The translations under genes and the position numbers were made by a program. 64,000 nt of DNA from Eledone cirrhosa (Eukaryota). The notes beneath the pieces are model-generated. The model was given only the letters and a program-made list of their open reading frames with translations, searched no databases and was not told where the DNA came from. Shown piece after piece: positions 26,580 through 38,984 of this stretch (position 1 is the first letter of the stretch; each line of letters starts with the position of its first letter). The stretch lies in assembly GCA_964016885.1 (NCBI GenBank), contig OZ024743.1, positions 340,194,001 to 340,258,000 of the forward strand, in the 5' to 3' direction.

Positions 26580-29500
26580 GGGGACAGAAATAATCGGGCT
26601 GGATGCCCGATCGCGCAGTTAAACCACTGGGAGTGAAGAACCCCTAGCCCTTGTCAGGGCATTCTTCTAGGAGAAAGCATCTCAGGAAACTGGGTTAACT
26701 CCGATATAAAACCTGCGGCTCAGTAGTTACCGATAATGTTGATCTTTTCTTCTTTTCGGGTTATAGCTACTGTCGCTCAGAGAGTGGGATTGGCTCAGTG
26801 CACAGTCTTTCCTCACTTTAAAAATATTCGTCACGCACAGGCATTGCACGAGTGCATTAATAATTATTAATAGTGTACTATTATTATTATTATTATTATT
26901 ACTATTATTATTACTTTTTTTTTTTTTTTTTTTTTTTTTTCCCCAATTCAATGATGTTCCAGAACAATGTAAAAGAGATAATTGGCAATTTAGGTTCTGG
27001 AACAAAAAAGATCATTGGCAATAAGGGCAGGGGCCCCAGGTTATCACAGCCTGGGCCCGCTCGTCATCGTGCCATTGTAATAGAGCCAAACAAGGCATTT
27101 AGTCTTGGCTGCTGGAACGTACGGACGCTGCTTGACAGGGATTCCTTGGAGCGTCCTGAACGAAGGACCGCTCTTGTTGCAAAGGAGCTTCGACGTTACG
27201 ATCTTGACATCGTGGCTTTATCTGAGACGAGGTTAGCTGGAGATGGTCATCTTACAGAATTTTGTGGAGAATATACATTCTTCTGGAAAGGAAGAGATGA
27301 AGGAACCAGAAGAGAGGCTGGGGTAGGATTTGCTGTACTTGTGAATAAATTAGAAGAATTCCCAGTAGGGATTAGTGAGCGTCTTATGTCCATGAGAGTT
27401 CCGCTGGACAAAGGAAGATATGCTACCCTGGTGAGTGTGTATGCTCCAACTATGAATTCTGTCGATGAAGAAAAACTGTCCTTTTACCATGCCTTGAAAG
27501 GTGTTCTAAGAAATATCCCTCAGGCAGACAAAGTCATCGTGCTTGGTGACTTTAATGCTAGAGTGGGTAGGGATTTTAGCACATGGAATGTAATCGGAAG
27601 GCATGGGGTGGGAAAGTGTAACAGCAATGGTATGCTCCTGCTGCAGATGTGTGAGGAGCTGGATCTGTGTGTTACCAACACCATGTTCCAACAAAAGAAC
27701 AAATTCAAGACCACATGGATGCATCCTGCATCTAAGGAATGACATCTTTTGGACTACGTCCTAGTCAGGATGCGTGACAGACAGGATGTGCAGTGTGTTC
27801 GTGTTCTTCGTGGAGCTGAGTGCTGGACGGACCACCGCCTGGTACGCGCAAAAGTGAAACTAATCACCAAACGTAAAATCCGGGCTCCTGGTGTTACCCT
27901 GCCCAAAAGATTGAATGCTGCTCGTCTTAAGGATAAAAATGTGAAGAGAACATTGGAAGAAGAGATGCAGGCTGCAGATCTTGGTGAGGATTGACCGACC
28001 CTTAAAAAGTCGGTTTATGATGTAGGCAGGCGTGTTCTGGGATTGGTGCAGAGAAAACATCAGGACTGGTTTAATGAGAATGATGTACATATAGAAGACT
28101 TGTTGGCTGATAAGAGGCGTGCTCTGTCACGCTACTCGACGGCATGAGGAGCTCAGGGATGTAAAATCACGTGTTAGGCGGAGTCTTTCTCAGATGAAGG
28201 ATCAGTGGTGGAGTGAGAAGGCTGGTGAGATACAAACTGCGTCTGATTCCAATAACACAAAGCTGTTGTACAGTCTCTTGCGTGAGGTTTATGGACCGTC
28301 TTCTTCTCTGGTGTCACCGCTTCGCAGCAAGGATGGCAAAGAACTTCTTCGTGACTCACAGGGAACTCTACGAATGTGGCGAGAACACTTTGATGATCTT
28401 TTGAATCAGCCGTCTGTCGTCAGTGAAGATTTCCTCAATCTCATTCCAGAAAGTCCTGTGAAAGTAGCTCTCGCAGAACCTCCGACGCTTGTGGAGGTTG
28501 CAGTGGCTATTTCGAAGCAAAGCAGTGGAAGATCTCCAGGTATGGATGGCATACATGCTGAGCTCCTACAATATGGTGGTGAGAGACTCCTGCAACATCT
28601 GCACTCTTTGTTTGGAAGGATATGGGCTAATGAATCCGTACCTGAGGACTGGAGAGATGCAGTAATGGTGGTCTTGTACAAGGGAAAGGGTAACAGGAAT
28701 GATTGTGGGAACTACAGAGGTATATCATTGCTTTCTGTCGTAGGGAAAGTTTTATGTAGGGTGCTTCTGGACCGTCTGCTGACACACATTGCAGATTGTG
28801 TTCTTCCTGAAAGTCAATCTGGTTTTCGTGCTGGACGCGGCACTACTGATATGATCTTCTCAGCTAGACAGCTCCAGGAGAAGTGCATTGAACAAGGCTT
28901 GGATCTGTATCAGGTTTTTGTCGATCTGACAAAGGCTTTCGATACTGTCAACAGAGATGCATTATGGAAGGTTCTCCAGAAACTTGGTTGCCCTGATAAG
29001 TTCCTTGCTTTAGTTAGGTCTTTCCATGACGACATGAAGGCTTGGGTTAATGTCGGAGGTAACATGTCGGAGCCTATCTCAGTAAAAAATGGAGTGAAAC
29101 AGGGGGATATTCCAGCACCGACCCTGTTTGCCATATACTTTGCAATGGTTTTCTGTATTGCATTCAGGAATTGCGAACATGGTGTTTACATCCGATATCG
29201 AACCTCAGGCAGCATATTTAACATCAGGCGATTTGCTGCGAAGACAAAAGTATTTACATCAATCATATGAGAACTCTGTATGCAGATGATTGCGATCTTG
29301 TAGCGCACACAGAGAGTGATATGCAGCACATTTTGAATGCATTTTCTGACGCTTGCACTGCCCTGGGTTTGACTGTCAGTCTCAAGAAAACCGTCGTCAT
29401 GTACCAACCTGCCCCTAGTAAGCAGTACACTGAACCAAACATCTATGTGTATGGCAAACGACTTGGAGTGGTTGATCAGTTTGTCTACCTGGGAAGCACT

Positions 29501-30485
29501 GTCAATCGACACGGCAACCTTGACAGTGAAATCTCACTTAGGATTAGGAAAGCAAGTGATGCTTTCGGAAAGCTAGAAAGGCGACTCTGGGGTCGGCGAG
29601 ACATATGCAGGAGGACAAAGGTAAAGGTGTACAGGGCATGTGTACTCTCTTGTCTTCTTTATGCCTGCGAGACCTGGGTCACATATCGACACCACCTTAA
29701 GCAATTGGAGCGTTTCCATCAGATGTGTCTCAGACGGATCCATGGCGTTCACTGGAGGGACCACATCAGTGATGTCGAGATTTTGGAAAGCTCTATGTGT
29801 GACAGTATAGAAGCTCTTGTGCTTAAGCAACGACTCCGTTGGAGTGGTCACCTTGCCAGGATGAAGGATTCTAGAATACCAAAACAACTCTTCTATGGAG
29901 AGTTGGTTAAAGGAAACCGACCGCCACATAAACCAAAAAAAGAGGTATAAGGATTCCTTGAAAGCCTCTCTGAAAGACGCTAACATCTCTGCTGATACAT
30001 GGGAAAATATTGCTGCTGATCGTAATAAATGGAGAAAGACTGTATATGATGGAAAAGTTGCCTTTGAGGCATCTCGAATCGCACACGAATAAGTAAAGCG
30101 GGATGTGAGGAAGGGCATTGCTGTTGCACTTCCAGACGGCGAGGGTCCTCCTATGGTGCTGACATGCAGCGTCTGTGCGAGACTCTGCCTAAGCAAAGCT
30201 GGACTCGAAAGTCATCTTCGCAGTCATAAAGTAAGACCAGTGGTTGACTACCAGGCTGCTGTTGGAGATGCTACTCATCATGTTTGCCAAACATGTGGTA
30301 GAGAATGTAAATCAGCAGGAGGGCTCAAGCGACATGCAAAAGTACACGAACTCCAACCACAGCCGACTATTCCCAGTGAATGTTTTGGTTGCCGACTCTG
30401 TGCAAGACATTTTAGATCATTGGCTGGGCTAAAAAGCCACATTCGATCGCAGCACTGTTAGTTGCTATCGTGTGTGTGTGTGTGT
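26580..30485 (+). mobile_element. RTE LINE copy 1 (stops and frameshifts, 3'UTR missing)
   Basis: APE (WNVRTL, LSETR, GDFNA, TDH), RT (NYRGISLL, FVDLTKAFD, GVKQG, LYADD), 3 C2H2; ORF from 26951 is broken; ends in (GT)n. Confidence 0.9.
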
Positions 30486-31118
30486 ATTACATTAATGAGG
30501 AATCATTGGTGGTAGTTGTTCCTATTACATAAGAAGAATAACTGCTTATGATTCCTCTACACATGACTTTTCGAAAGAATTACTTTTCTCTTATTCTGCC
30601 AGATGCCCGATTGTATTTCACAGATTTCAGAGACTTATTGCAGTGTATTCTGAAAAATCTGTTATCCAATATGACTCAACCGCTTGGCTGTTCATTTTAT
30701 TTTATTTTGTTTAGAAGATTCTAATCCGTTGCAAGCAATTGGACCAAAGTTTCCGGTTTACGGATCGAAGTAGTGATTTGTGATTACGGTGTCCTTCTTT
30801 CGCTCCTTTCCTCCTAAAAACGAACCAAACAAAAACGACTATCAAAATGTCACAATGTCCCACGCTAGCGCCTTATTTTATTTTCAAGCATTTGGGATTC
30901 TGGTCTAGCCTGAAGCCCACTCATGATCTTCTAATATCACGCAAACACACATATCTCTCAACTCTTATGTAGCTAGATCCCAACAGTTCGGATCTAGCTG
31001 TCGAAACGGCCGGAGCTCAGCCGTCGGGGTCCTGACTCTTTTCCTATTACCCACTCTACTACTCTAAGTATCGAGTACTCTGATGCTTTATGGTCCACCT
31101 GGTTTCTTATCACACTTT

Positions 31119-31155
<37 letters not shown>

Positions 31156-31224
31156 TATATGTCGAACTTTCTTTCACCTTTTCCATATAAAGCGTGAAAC
31201 TAATAAGACTTTTTTTGTTGTTTC

Positions 31225-31291
<67 letters not shown>

Positions 31292-32017
31292 GCTGTCCCG
31301 ACTACACACTATATTCAAACTGCTCTCTGAAATGTGATGTCTCTAGATATGTAGATTCTTCTCCCAGCCAAATGGCTTCTTTCACCAAAGTAACAGACCA
31401 ATGGCGAAAGACACTTGTTCAAGCCATGCACTTCCTGTATTTTTGTAAGGCATAGTGTACGTACAACCATACTATTTGATGCGTCCTTTCTCCTTTAAGA
31501 CAGTAGGTTATTATTTGAGGGAGATGTGTCATTTCCAGCAGGCCAACATTAGTATAATGTATAGCGCTGCTTTGATATGCACAAACTACATTACTTTTGG
31601 AAGATACTATGTAACTATTAATATTCTAACAAGTCCGATAGTAATTCTTGTTTTAATGTTACTCTCAGATTAACTGTTTGATACTTCAAGCCACTGAGTG
31701 AGCTTCTATGTGGTTACATAACCTGCTAGTAATAGCAGCGAAATCTCATTCAAATCATATCCTACAATCTTAAAAATAGTGATTGATACATTAAATCATG
31801 TAGCCCAGGGTGCACTATTCTTTAAAAATGATTGGATGAACATTGCTGGAATGCCTTTGACTATAGATATGCTCGATTAGCATCGAATTGTGAATAAACA
31901 ATAACAACCACAACAACCATAGCAATACTACCCCGTGCAATAAATCTCTATGAATATAGATTTTGATTTTATGAAATAATACACCTCGTATTGCTGAATA
32001 CGTCAACATTCCGTTTA

Positions 32018-32170
32018 AGGAGGAAGCCCTGCGAGGTGGGGTGGCTGTTGTAGCGAGTGTTGCTGGCCATTATCTGCGGGAATGCTTTTGCGGTCTTGTC
32101 TGTGGGGGCCCTAGGCTTAGAGCCCGTCACCCTTCCATTCTTCTGTGACCCTAGAGACCTTGCCTTTCTC
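32018..32170 (+). pseudogene. CRE-like non-LTR retrotransposon C-terminal fragment
   Basis: RRKPCEVGWLL*RVLLAIICGNAFAVLSVG; homologous to the fragment at 51542-51878. Confidence 0.5.
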
Positions 32171-32621
32171 TTCCCTTTTCGTTTTCATAACCACAAAAGA
32201 CACTGGCATATTTTACAATAAAACCTGTTAGTAGTAAGAGTGTAAGTAGCAACACAAATACACACACTTACATGTGTAGCGTTGCAAACGTCGACCAAAG
32301 AACGCTGACACCCTCATTCTCTGTAACAAAATGTTCCCGTTTTTTTTATAACTTATAATTATATACACAATTCAGAATCTTTAATCCACGTACAATGTGT
32401 GTGCGTGTGAGTGTGGGGTCTGTGTCTGTGTAGGTGTATGTATGTGTGTGTGTGTGTGTGTGCATGTGTGCGTGTATATGTGTGTGTGTCTGTGTCTGTC
32501 TAGGTGTATGTATGTGTGTGTGCATATGTGCGTGTATATGTGTGTGAGTGCATGCATGTGTGTGTGTGTGTGTGATTAAATATATCCAAGAACGGACAAT
32601 CATCGTCACTTACTCTAAGAT

Positions 32622-32696
<75 letters not shown>

Positions 32697-33419
32697 TTAT
32701 ATAACAGACGTGAATTATTGAAAGACCATCTTGAGAGTAGGTGAAGTGAAATAAAGAAGATGTCACCGGAGATCGATAATTTCTATTGTATAGTAGCACT
32801 CGACATTCGACTTATAGATATTGTATAATTGGTTCCGACATTTGTTTAAATATTAAAGATTCAAGCCCAATTTATATTTTGGAAGTTTCTACAACGTTTC
32901 TGAAGAGGTCCTTTAATTTCATGATTGCCAAAGTAAATTCTGTCAGTTTTGATTAAGCTATCCATCATCGTGTATTTAATAACTAATGTGTGAGTAATCT
33001 TGCAAATTGAATAAAAGTTTACAAGAAAGCAACGTTTGTATATTTTCGTACACGTCTAAAGAAGTAGATAAATACGAAGATACAGACGTCATAAGGAATA
33101 AGTAATTTTTCACATTTTTTGCGAAGGGTGCTGAGACTAGTGGTCGACATTATATGGACTGTTAAGGTTTCTCTGTTGATTTCGGACCCTTATAGTTTTT
33201 TTGGCATGCAATATATGAATGCATTTTTTTCCCTTGTATTTCTTTTCCTTTTTTGTTGTTGTTGTTGTTGGTTTCTTTTTTGGGGGGGGGGGGGGGGGGG
33301 ACTTTTTTCTGTTTCTTATTTTTTTTTCTTAGGCAGATACAATATTTGCAAATATATATATGATAGATGGGGAATTAAGAAAAAAGTTTCCGTAAGCTCA
33401 ATTTCACTTATAAAGTATT

Positions 33420-33530
33420 GGGTGGCCAATGGCTATAATAAAAGACACTTGCGTAAGATTCCACACAGTGAGAGCGAACCCGGAACCTCATGATTGTGAA
33501 ACGAACGTCGTAACCGTCGATTCTGCGTGC
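33420..33530 (-). mobile_element. Degenerate tRNA-derived SINE
   Basis: B-box-like ccgggttcgctctc followed by caagtgtctt on the minus strand. Confidence 0.4.
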
Positions 33531-34031
33531 GCTATCCATATTTGCTTTAATGCTTTAACATGCTTTCTTTTGTTACACAATCTCATGATGACATATATTA
33601 TTACTATTTATATTTTACCTGTAGCATATATTTTCTGCTAACCAATGTTAGCTTATTCTACGCTAATATTATTTTGTTTTTACTTTTCATATATTTTGCT
33701 TGTATTTTTCGTCTATATTATTTGTACAGCAAGGTTTTATTACATTCCTCATTAATCATTTAATATCGATATTTCCTTCAGTGTTACATAAGAGTTTTAC
33801 CGTTTATTACAACTGCTACGTAATATCGTATTATGTAACAGTTACTATCCTTCTTTCCAGTTTAAACTTTCATCAGTTATTATATTATCTTCAACTGTTA
33901 ACTCTCATGAAATCATCTTACGCTTTCTTTTCCTTAATATTTTTCACTGATTCTTTTATATCTACATGAAAATGCTTATTTGCTACATAGAACTACGTAT
34001 ATAAAATCATTTAGCTTTAGGTTTAGAGTTT

Positions 34032-34210
34032 GGTGGATTGGCAGTATCGGTAGAGGGTCGGACGCCATGCTTTGCAGCGTAGAGTTACGGCTCTTTATGA
34101 TATGAGTTCAAATCCCGCCGAGGTTAACTTTGCCTTTCATCCTTATGGGGTCGATAAAATAAAGTACCAGTCACGCACTGGGTCGATTTAATCGACTCTC
34201 TCTACCCCAC
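34032..34210 (+). mobile_element. tRNA-derived SINE
   Basis: A box tggcagtatcgg, B box gagttcaaatcc, core gcctttcatcct..ggggtcgataaaataaagtaccag; close copy at 63302-63492. Confidence 0.8.
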
Positions 34211-34539
34211 AAACTACACCCACCTTCTTTAAATAGAATTAACCTAGCTTATTCCTCCTGTGTTTAAACAATTTCCAAGTTTATTAATATACAATTCATT
34301 ACTTTTTTGTCTCTTCTGTTCTAAACCTATGTTCCTTTCATACAATTTTTTTAGTATACTTGTAATTTTTAGTATTTCCTGTAAGAACCCATAACTCCTG
34401 ATTGATTCGTTGGGGTGCCATTTGGGGGCACTTTAAACCCGATGGGCCCCATTCCCTCTCCAAGTCTAAACACAACCAATTTCTTCCAGTGAGGGTGGGC
34501 GAGAGGGGAAGAGAAGAAGTGAAGAAGAATAATCGACAC

Positions 34540-34690
34540 TAGTAACGGACTGGTACATATTTTTAGCGACCTCGAAAGGATGAAAAGCAAAGTTAGCTTA
34601 GGCGGGATTTGAAGTCAGAGAGTGTAAAAAAACAGAACGAATACCACAAAGTATTATCATCGATATTCTATTGAGTCTGCCAAAATGTCG
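34540..34690 (-). mobile_element. Diverged SINE of the same family
   Basis: Minus strand ttcaaatcccgcc...ttgcttttcatcctttcgaggtcg...gtaccag. Confidence 0.55.
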
Positions 34691-36104
34691 TCATACTTTT
34701 CACTATTGCAGATTGCTACTTCAGTTTTAAGATTATCATTGCCGCATCTAACAACTAGATATTTAATTATTTTTCTATTTGTCTGTTTCCATTCTGTCCA
34801 TTTCCAGATGGCCCTATATGCATAACTATAATCAATAGTTATAAACCACAGGTATCTGCTTATCAGTTTTCCATTCATCACCGAATCCTACTTTAAATTA
34901 CTTCCTTCATTTTATCATTTCTATTATGTCAATGTATTACCATCACATACAAGTCCGAGAATAATACTTTGACCTTTATCAACTGACCCAAGCATTTATT
35001 CCATATAATTGAGAACAATCTTTTATCAAACAATGAACGAAGCCGAATTTTCGGCTTTTGAAGCGCTGAGAATATATATATATATATATAAATTTTGAGT
35101 ATATGTCCGTTGTTTACCCACACATCATATGCAGATTGGAGCACTCGACGAAGTACGCAGGTTGGTTTGTTTACTCTGGAGTAATGTAAAATAAAATAAG
35201 TAAGTCAAATATGTAAAATTTGGCTTCGTTTATTATGAATTATAGATTTACTGCTATATATATTTCGGTGACAGCCATTATTGGCTGTGACCTCTTCAGT
35301 CAGTCCGAATTGGTGTGGAGAAGACAGGTACACATGTTGTTGAAGTGTGTTTCACTCTGTCAATACATCGATATGTCCAGCTCCTGGGAACTGGAATCAT
35401 ATGAGCTAGAACAAACGAATTTCAGCGTCATAGGACACGCTCGTATCCCATTGGTCAGTTGTGAGACCACTCCTCAGTCAAAAGTCTATAGAAATTCTTC
35501 TGAGGTAGGTCAGCCTGTTATAATTGTTTTTGTCAGAATGTTTAAGTAAAGCTGACCTCCTTCACTGTGTTGCTAGTGGAAGTGGTGTTAAGAGGTCAGT
35601 TAGCAGGTCAACTTTAGTATGCTGTTGTTATGGTCTGAAGAATTTATGTGTGTAGGTTTGCATCTATCCTGCCACCATTTCACTTGGTGGGGGATGCCAA
35701 ACAAATAAAGAATGCGTTTGTGTTACAATCAATATCAAAAATTTTGAAAAATATTGAAAAATATAAACTGAAATAAAAAACCTGTGTGTCAGAATCGAGA
35801 AGTGTAAAGAATTACAATTCTTATTCTAACATATAGTATGGAGTATGTACGTGTAATTGTCCGTCAGGGCGCACCGTTGCGCGTGCACACGTATAAATAC
35901 AGGCTCGGTGCATTCACCTATTTACGTCCACAGGGTCTAATAAAAAGATGGATGCGTTTTAAAAACAAATGAGGTAAAAATGGAGTGAAAAATACCAAAG
36001 AATCTGTGTGTCAAAATCCAAAAAGTGTAAAGGACTACAATTCTTATTTCAGCATAAAGTACATATGCGGGTATGTTTTTCAACGCACACCGTTGCAAGC
36101 ACAC

Positions 36105-36697
36105 ACGCACAAACACAGGCTCATGTACATTCCCATATTACGTCTACACATTAACACACACGCATACATGCACGCATATACATAATTCTACACACTCCCC
36201 ACCTCTACTCCCGCTTCGATCGACTCCTATAGTAACACACCTACCTAGCAGCTAAAACCATGCCTCACACCGCTGTGATCAACCCCTCTCTAACTTCCTT
36301 AACCAAAACTCAAGTTAGCTGACACTAGATGATATAAATAGACGAAGTACGTCGGTGGAATCCTATCTTCTGTGCAAGCAGGCACCCCAAGTTTGCGACC
36401 AGCGGGCCCCAACGCCCAACCCCGGCTTATGACCCGAATACCCGGAGTATATCCGGCCTCGAATACGACCCCCTTCGCACGCATGAGTCATGGATAAATA
36501 CCACAAGTAAATAGGACGCGCCTATTACTACCACTTACCCCTCTCCCCACCTCCAGAGGTGACTTTGACCCTATGTCCGTGTGGGTGTATCCACATGTGG
36601 ACGTATATAGAATTATATGCATGCGTGCATGTATGCGTGTGTGTTAATGTGTAGACGTAATATGGGAATGCACCTGAGCCTGTGTTTGTGAGTGTGT
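36105..36697. repeat. ~88-bp inverted repeats around a GC-rich core
   Basis: ~36105-36190 inverted at ~36608-36697; the left arm is also part of a degenerate ~230-bp direct repeat (35712-36150). Confidence 0.6.
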
Positions 36698-37167
36698 TGT
36701 GCGTCTACCAAATGTCCCTTACAAGGTCAACCCGACGTGATAGAAACACTTTTCCATGGTGTCATGCAGTTGAACTGTACCCAAACCCAGTTGGCTGTAG
36801 TCATTCCTGCGCAAAACATTCTACTTCAGGCTCCTAAAAGAAACATATACATACCATCCCATATGTGCACACACAAATGCATACCTACATATATTTATTT
36901 AAAAACGCCAGCACTCATAGTACATTCGCACATACATAAGTCCCACGTTTACTCACCTATTCACAAATGCATAAAAATCCCTTGACTCAAAAATAGAAGC
37001 TTTTTCACACACCACACATTTATACATACAGACACACACACATACATACATATATACACACGCAGACACACACATGCACACATGCATACATCTATACACA
37101 CACACACATACACACATGAACACATACATACATACATACATACATACATACATACATACATACATAC

Positions 37168-37777
37168 ATGGTGGCTGCCAACTCGTTTTCGAGTACGGCC
37201 ACTACTTTATATCCATGTAGGAGAACCCCTACCGATGCGCTGAACGAGTGTGACTTTTTAGTCCAGCCAGCGACTTGAAAACTCTGGTACAAACACTACA
37301 CTTGTGACAATTACTGACACATAGTGCTGGGCCCATGGTACCATGTGACGACAAGTGCAGAGAGATCTCCAGATATAAAGCAATGCCTGTGCCGTGAAGC
37401 TTTTATAGTGAGCAAAGGCACTGCACAAAGCCAGTCCCACTCTCTTAACCAAGATGATATTTACCAAAAAGAAGAACAAGTCAACATCATTGGATACCAT
37501 CAGGGTTGCAGGTGTTATATCAGAGTTTTCCTTCTCCTAGAATTCTGCCTTGACAAAGGCTAAGGGGTCATCTCTCCCGGTGATTTTGGATGGCCATTGA
37601 CTCTTAAGAGCTCCTTTGCCCTTTGACAGGTTTTGTTTTTAGTCCTGCAGGATGTCCAAAGTCACCCTCCTCACCAAGAAACCTTGGTGGGGTTGCCAGT
37701 TTAGTCGCCAACGACCCGACCATGGGACAGGTTGTACTGGGATACATGTTACCAGTAGCACCAACTGGTGACCTGAC
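37168..37777 (-). mobile_element. Non-autonomous RTE-derived element, copy 3
   Basis: Reverse complement of 12091-12700; (CATA)n both sides. Confidence 0.85.
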
Positions 37778-37833
37778 ATACATACATACATACATACATA
37801 CATACATACATAATACATACATACATACATACA

Positions 37834-37867
<34 letters not shown>

Positions 37868-37876
37868 CATACATAT

Positions 37877-38486
37877 ATGGTGGCTGCCAACTCGTTTTCG
37901 AGTACGGCCACTACTTTATATCCATGTAGGAGAACCCCTACCGATGCGCTGAACGAGTGTGACTTTTTAGTCTAGCCAGAGACTTGAAAACTCTGGTACA
38001 AACACTACACCTGTGACAATTATTGACACATAGTGCTGGGCCCATGGTACCATGTGACGACAAGTGCAGAGAGATCTCCAGATATAAAGCAATGCCTGTG
38101 CCGTGAAGCTTTTATAGTGAGAAAAGGCACTGCACAAAGCCAGTCCCACTCTCTTAACCAAGATGATATTTACCAAAAAGAAGAACAAGTCAACATCATT
38201 GGATACCATCAGGGTTGCAGGTGTTATATCAGAGTTTTCCTTCTCCTAGAATTCTGCCTTGACAAAGGCTAAGGGGTCATCTCTCCCGGTGATTTTGGAT
38301 AGCCATTGACTCTTAAGAGCTCCTTTGCCCTTTGACAGGTTTTGTTTTTAGTCCTGCAGGATGTCCAAAGTCACCCTCCTCACCAAGAAACCTTGGTGGG
38401 TTTGCCAGTTTAGTCGCCAACGACCCGACCATGGGACAGGTTGTACTGGGATACATGTTACCAGTAGCACCAACTGGTGACCTGAC
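37877..38486 (-). mobile_element. Non-autonomous RTE-derived element, copy 4
   Basis: Tandem with copy 3; (CATA)n both sides. Confidence 0.85.
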
Positions 38487-38509
38487 ATACATACATACAT
38501 ACATACATA

Positions 38510-38578
38510 CATGATGGCTGCCCCCTCGTTATCGAGTATGGCCATTGCACAATATAAAAAAAAAAAAAAAAAAAAAAA

Positions 38579-38619
<41 letters not shown>

Positions 38620-38620
38620 T

Positions 38621-38651
<31 letters not shown>

Positions 38652-38675
38652 AAAATAAAAAAAAAAAGGGAGAAG

Positions 38676-38708
<33 letters not shown>

Positions 38709-38830
38709 TATACATATATATATATATACACATATATATACACACACACATACATACACATACATACATATATACACACACACATACATACACATACACT
38801 CACACATATATACACACATACATTAATAAC

Positions 38831-38867
<37 letters not shown>

Positions 38868-38946
38868 GCAATAATAATAATAACGACAACAACAATAATA
38901 ATATACATATTCATATATATATACACACACACGCACGCACATAAGC

Positions 38947-38984
<38 letters not shown>

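Noticed and set aside
34032-34110. tRNA gene
   Set aside because: A and B boxes are too far apart, no cloverleaf, and the sequence continues into a SINE core.
34657-35144. Host exons suggested by two minus-strand ORFs
   Set aside because: No recognisable domain; the implied intron is ~55 nt and purine-rich.
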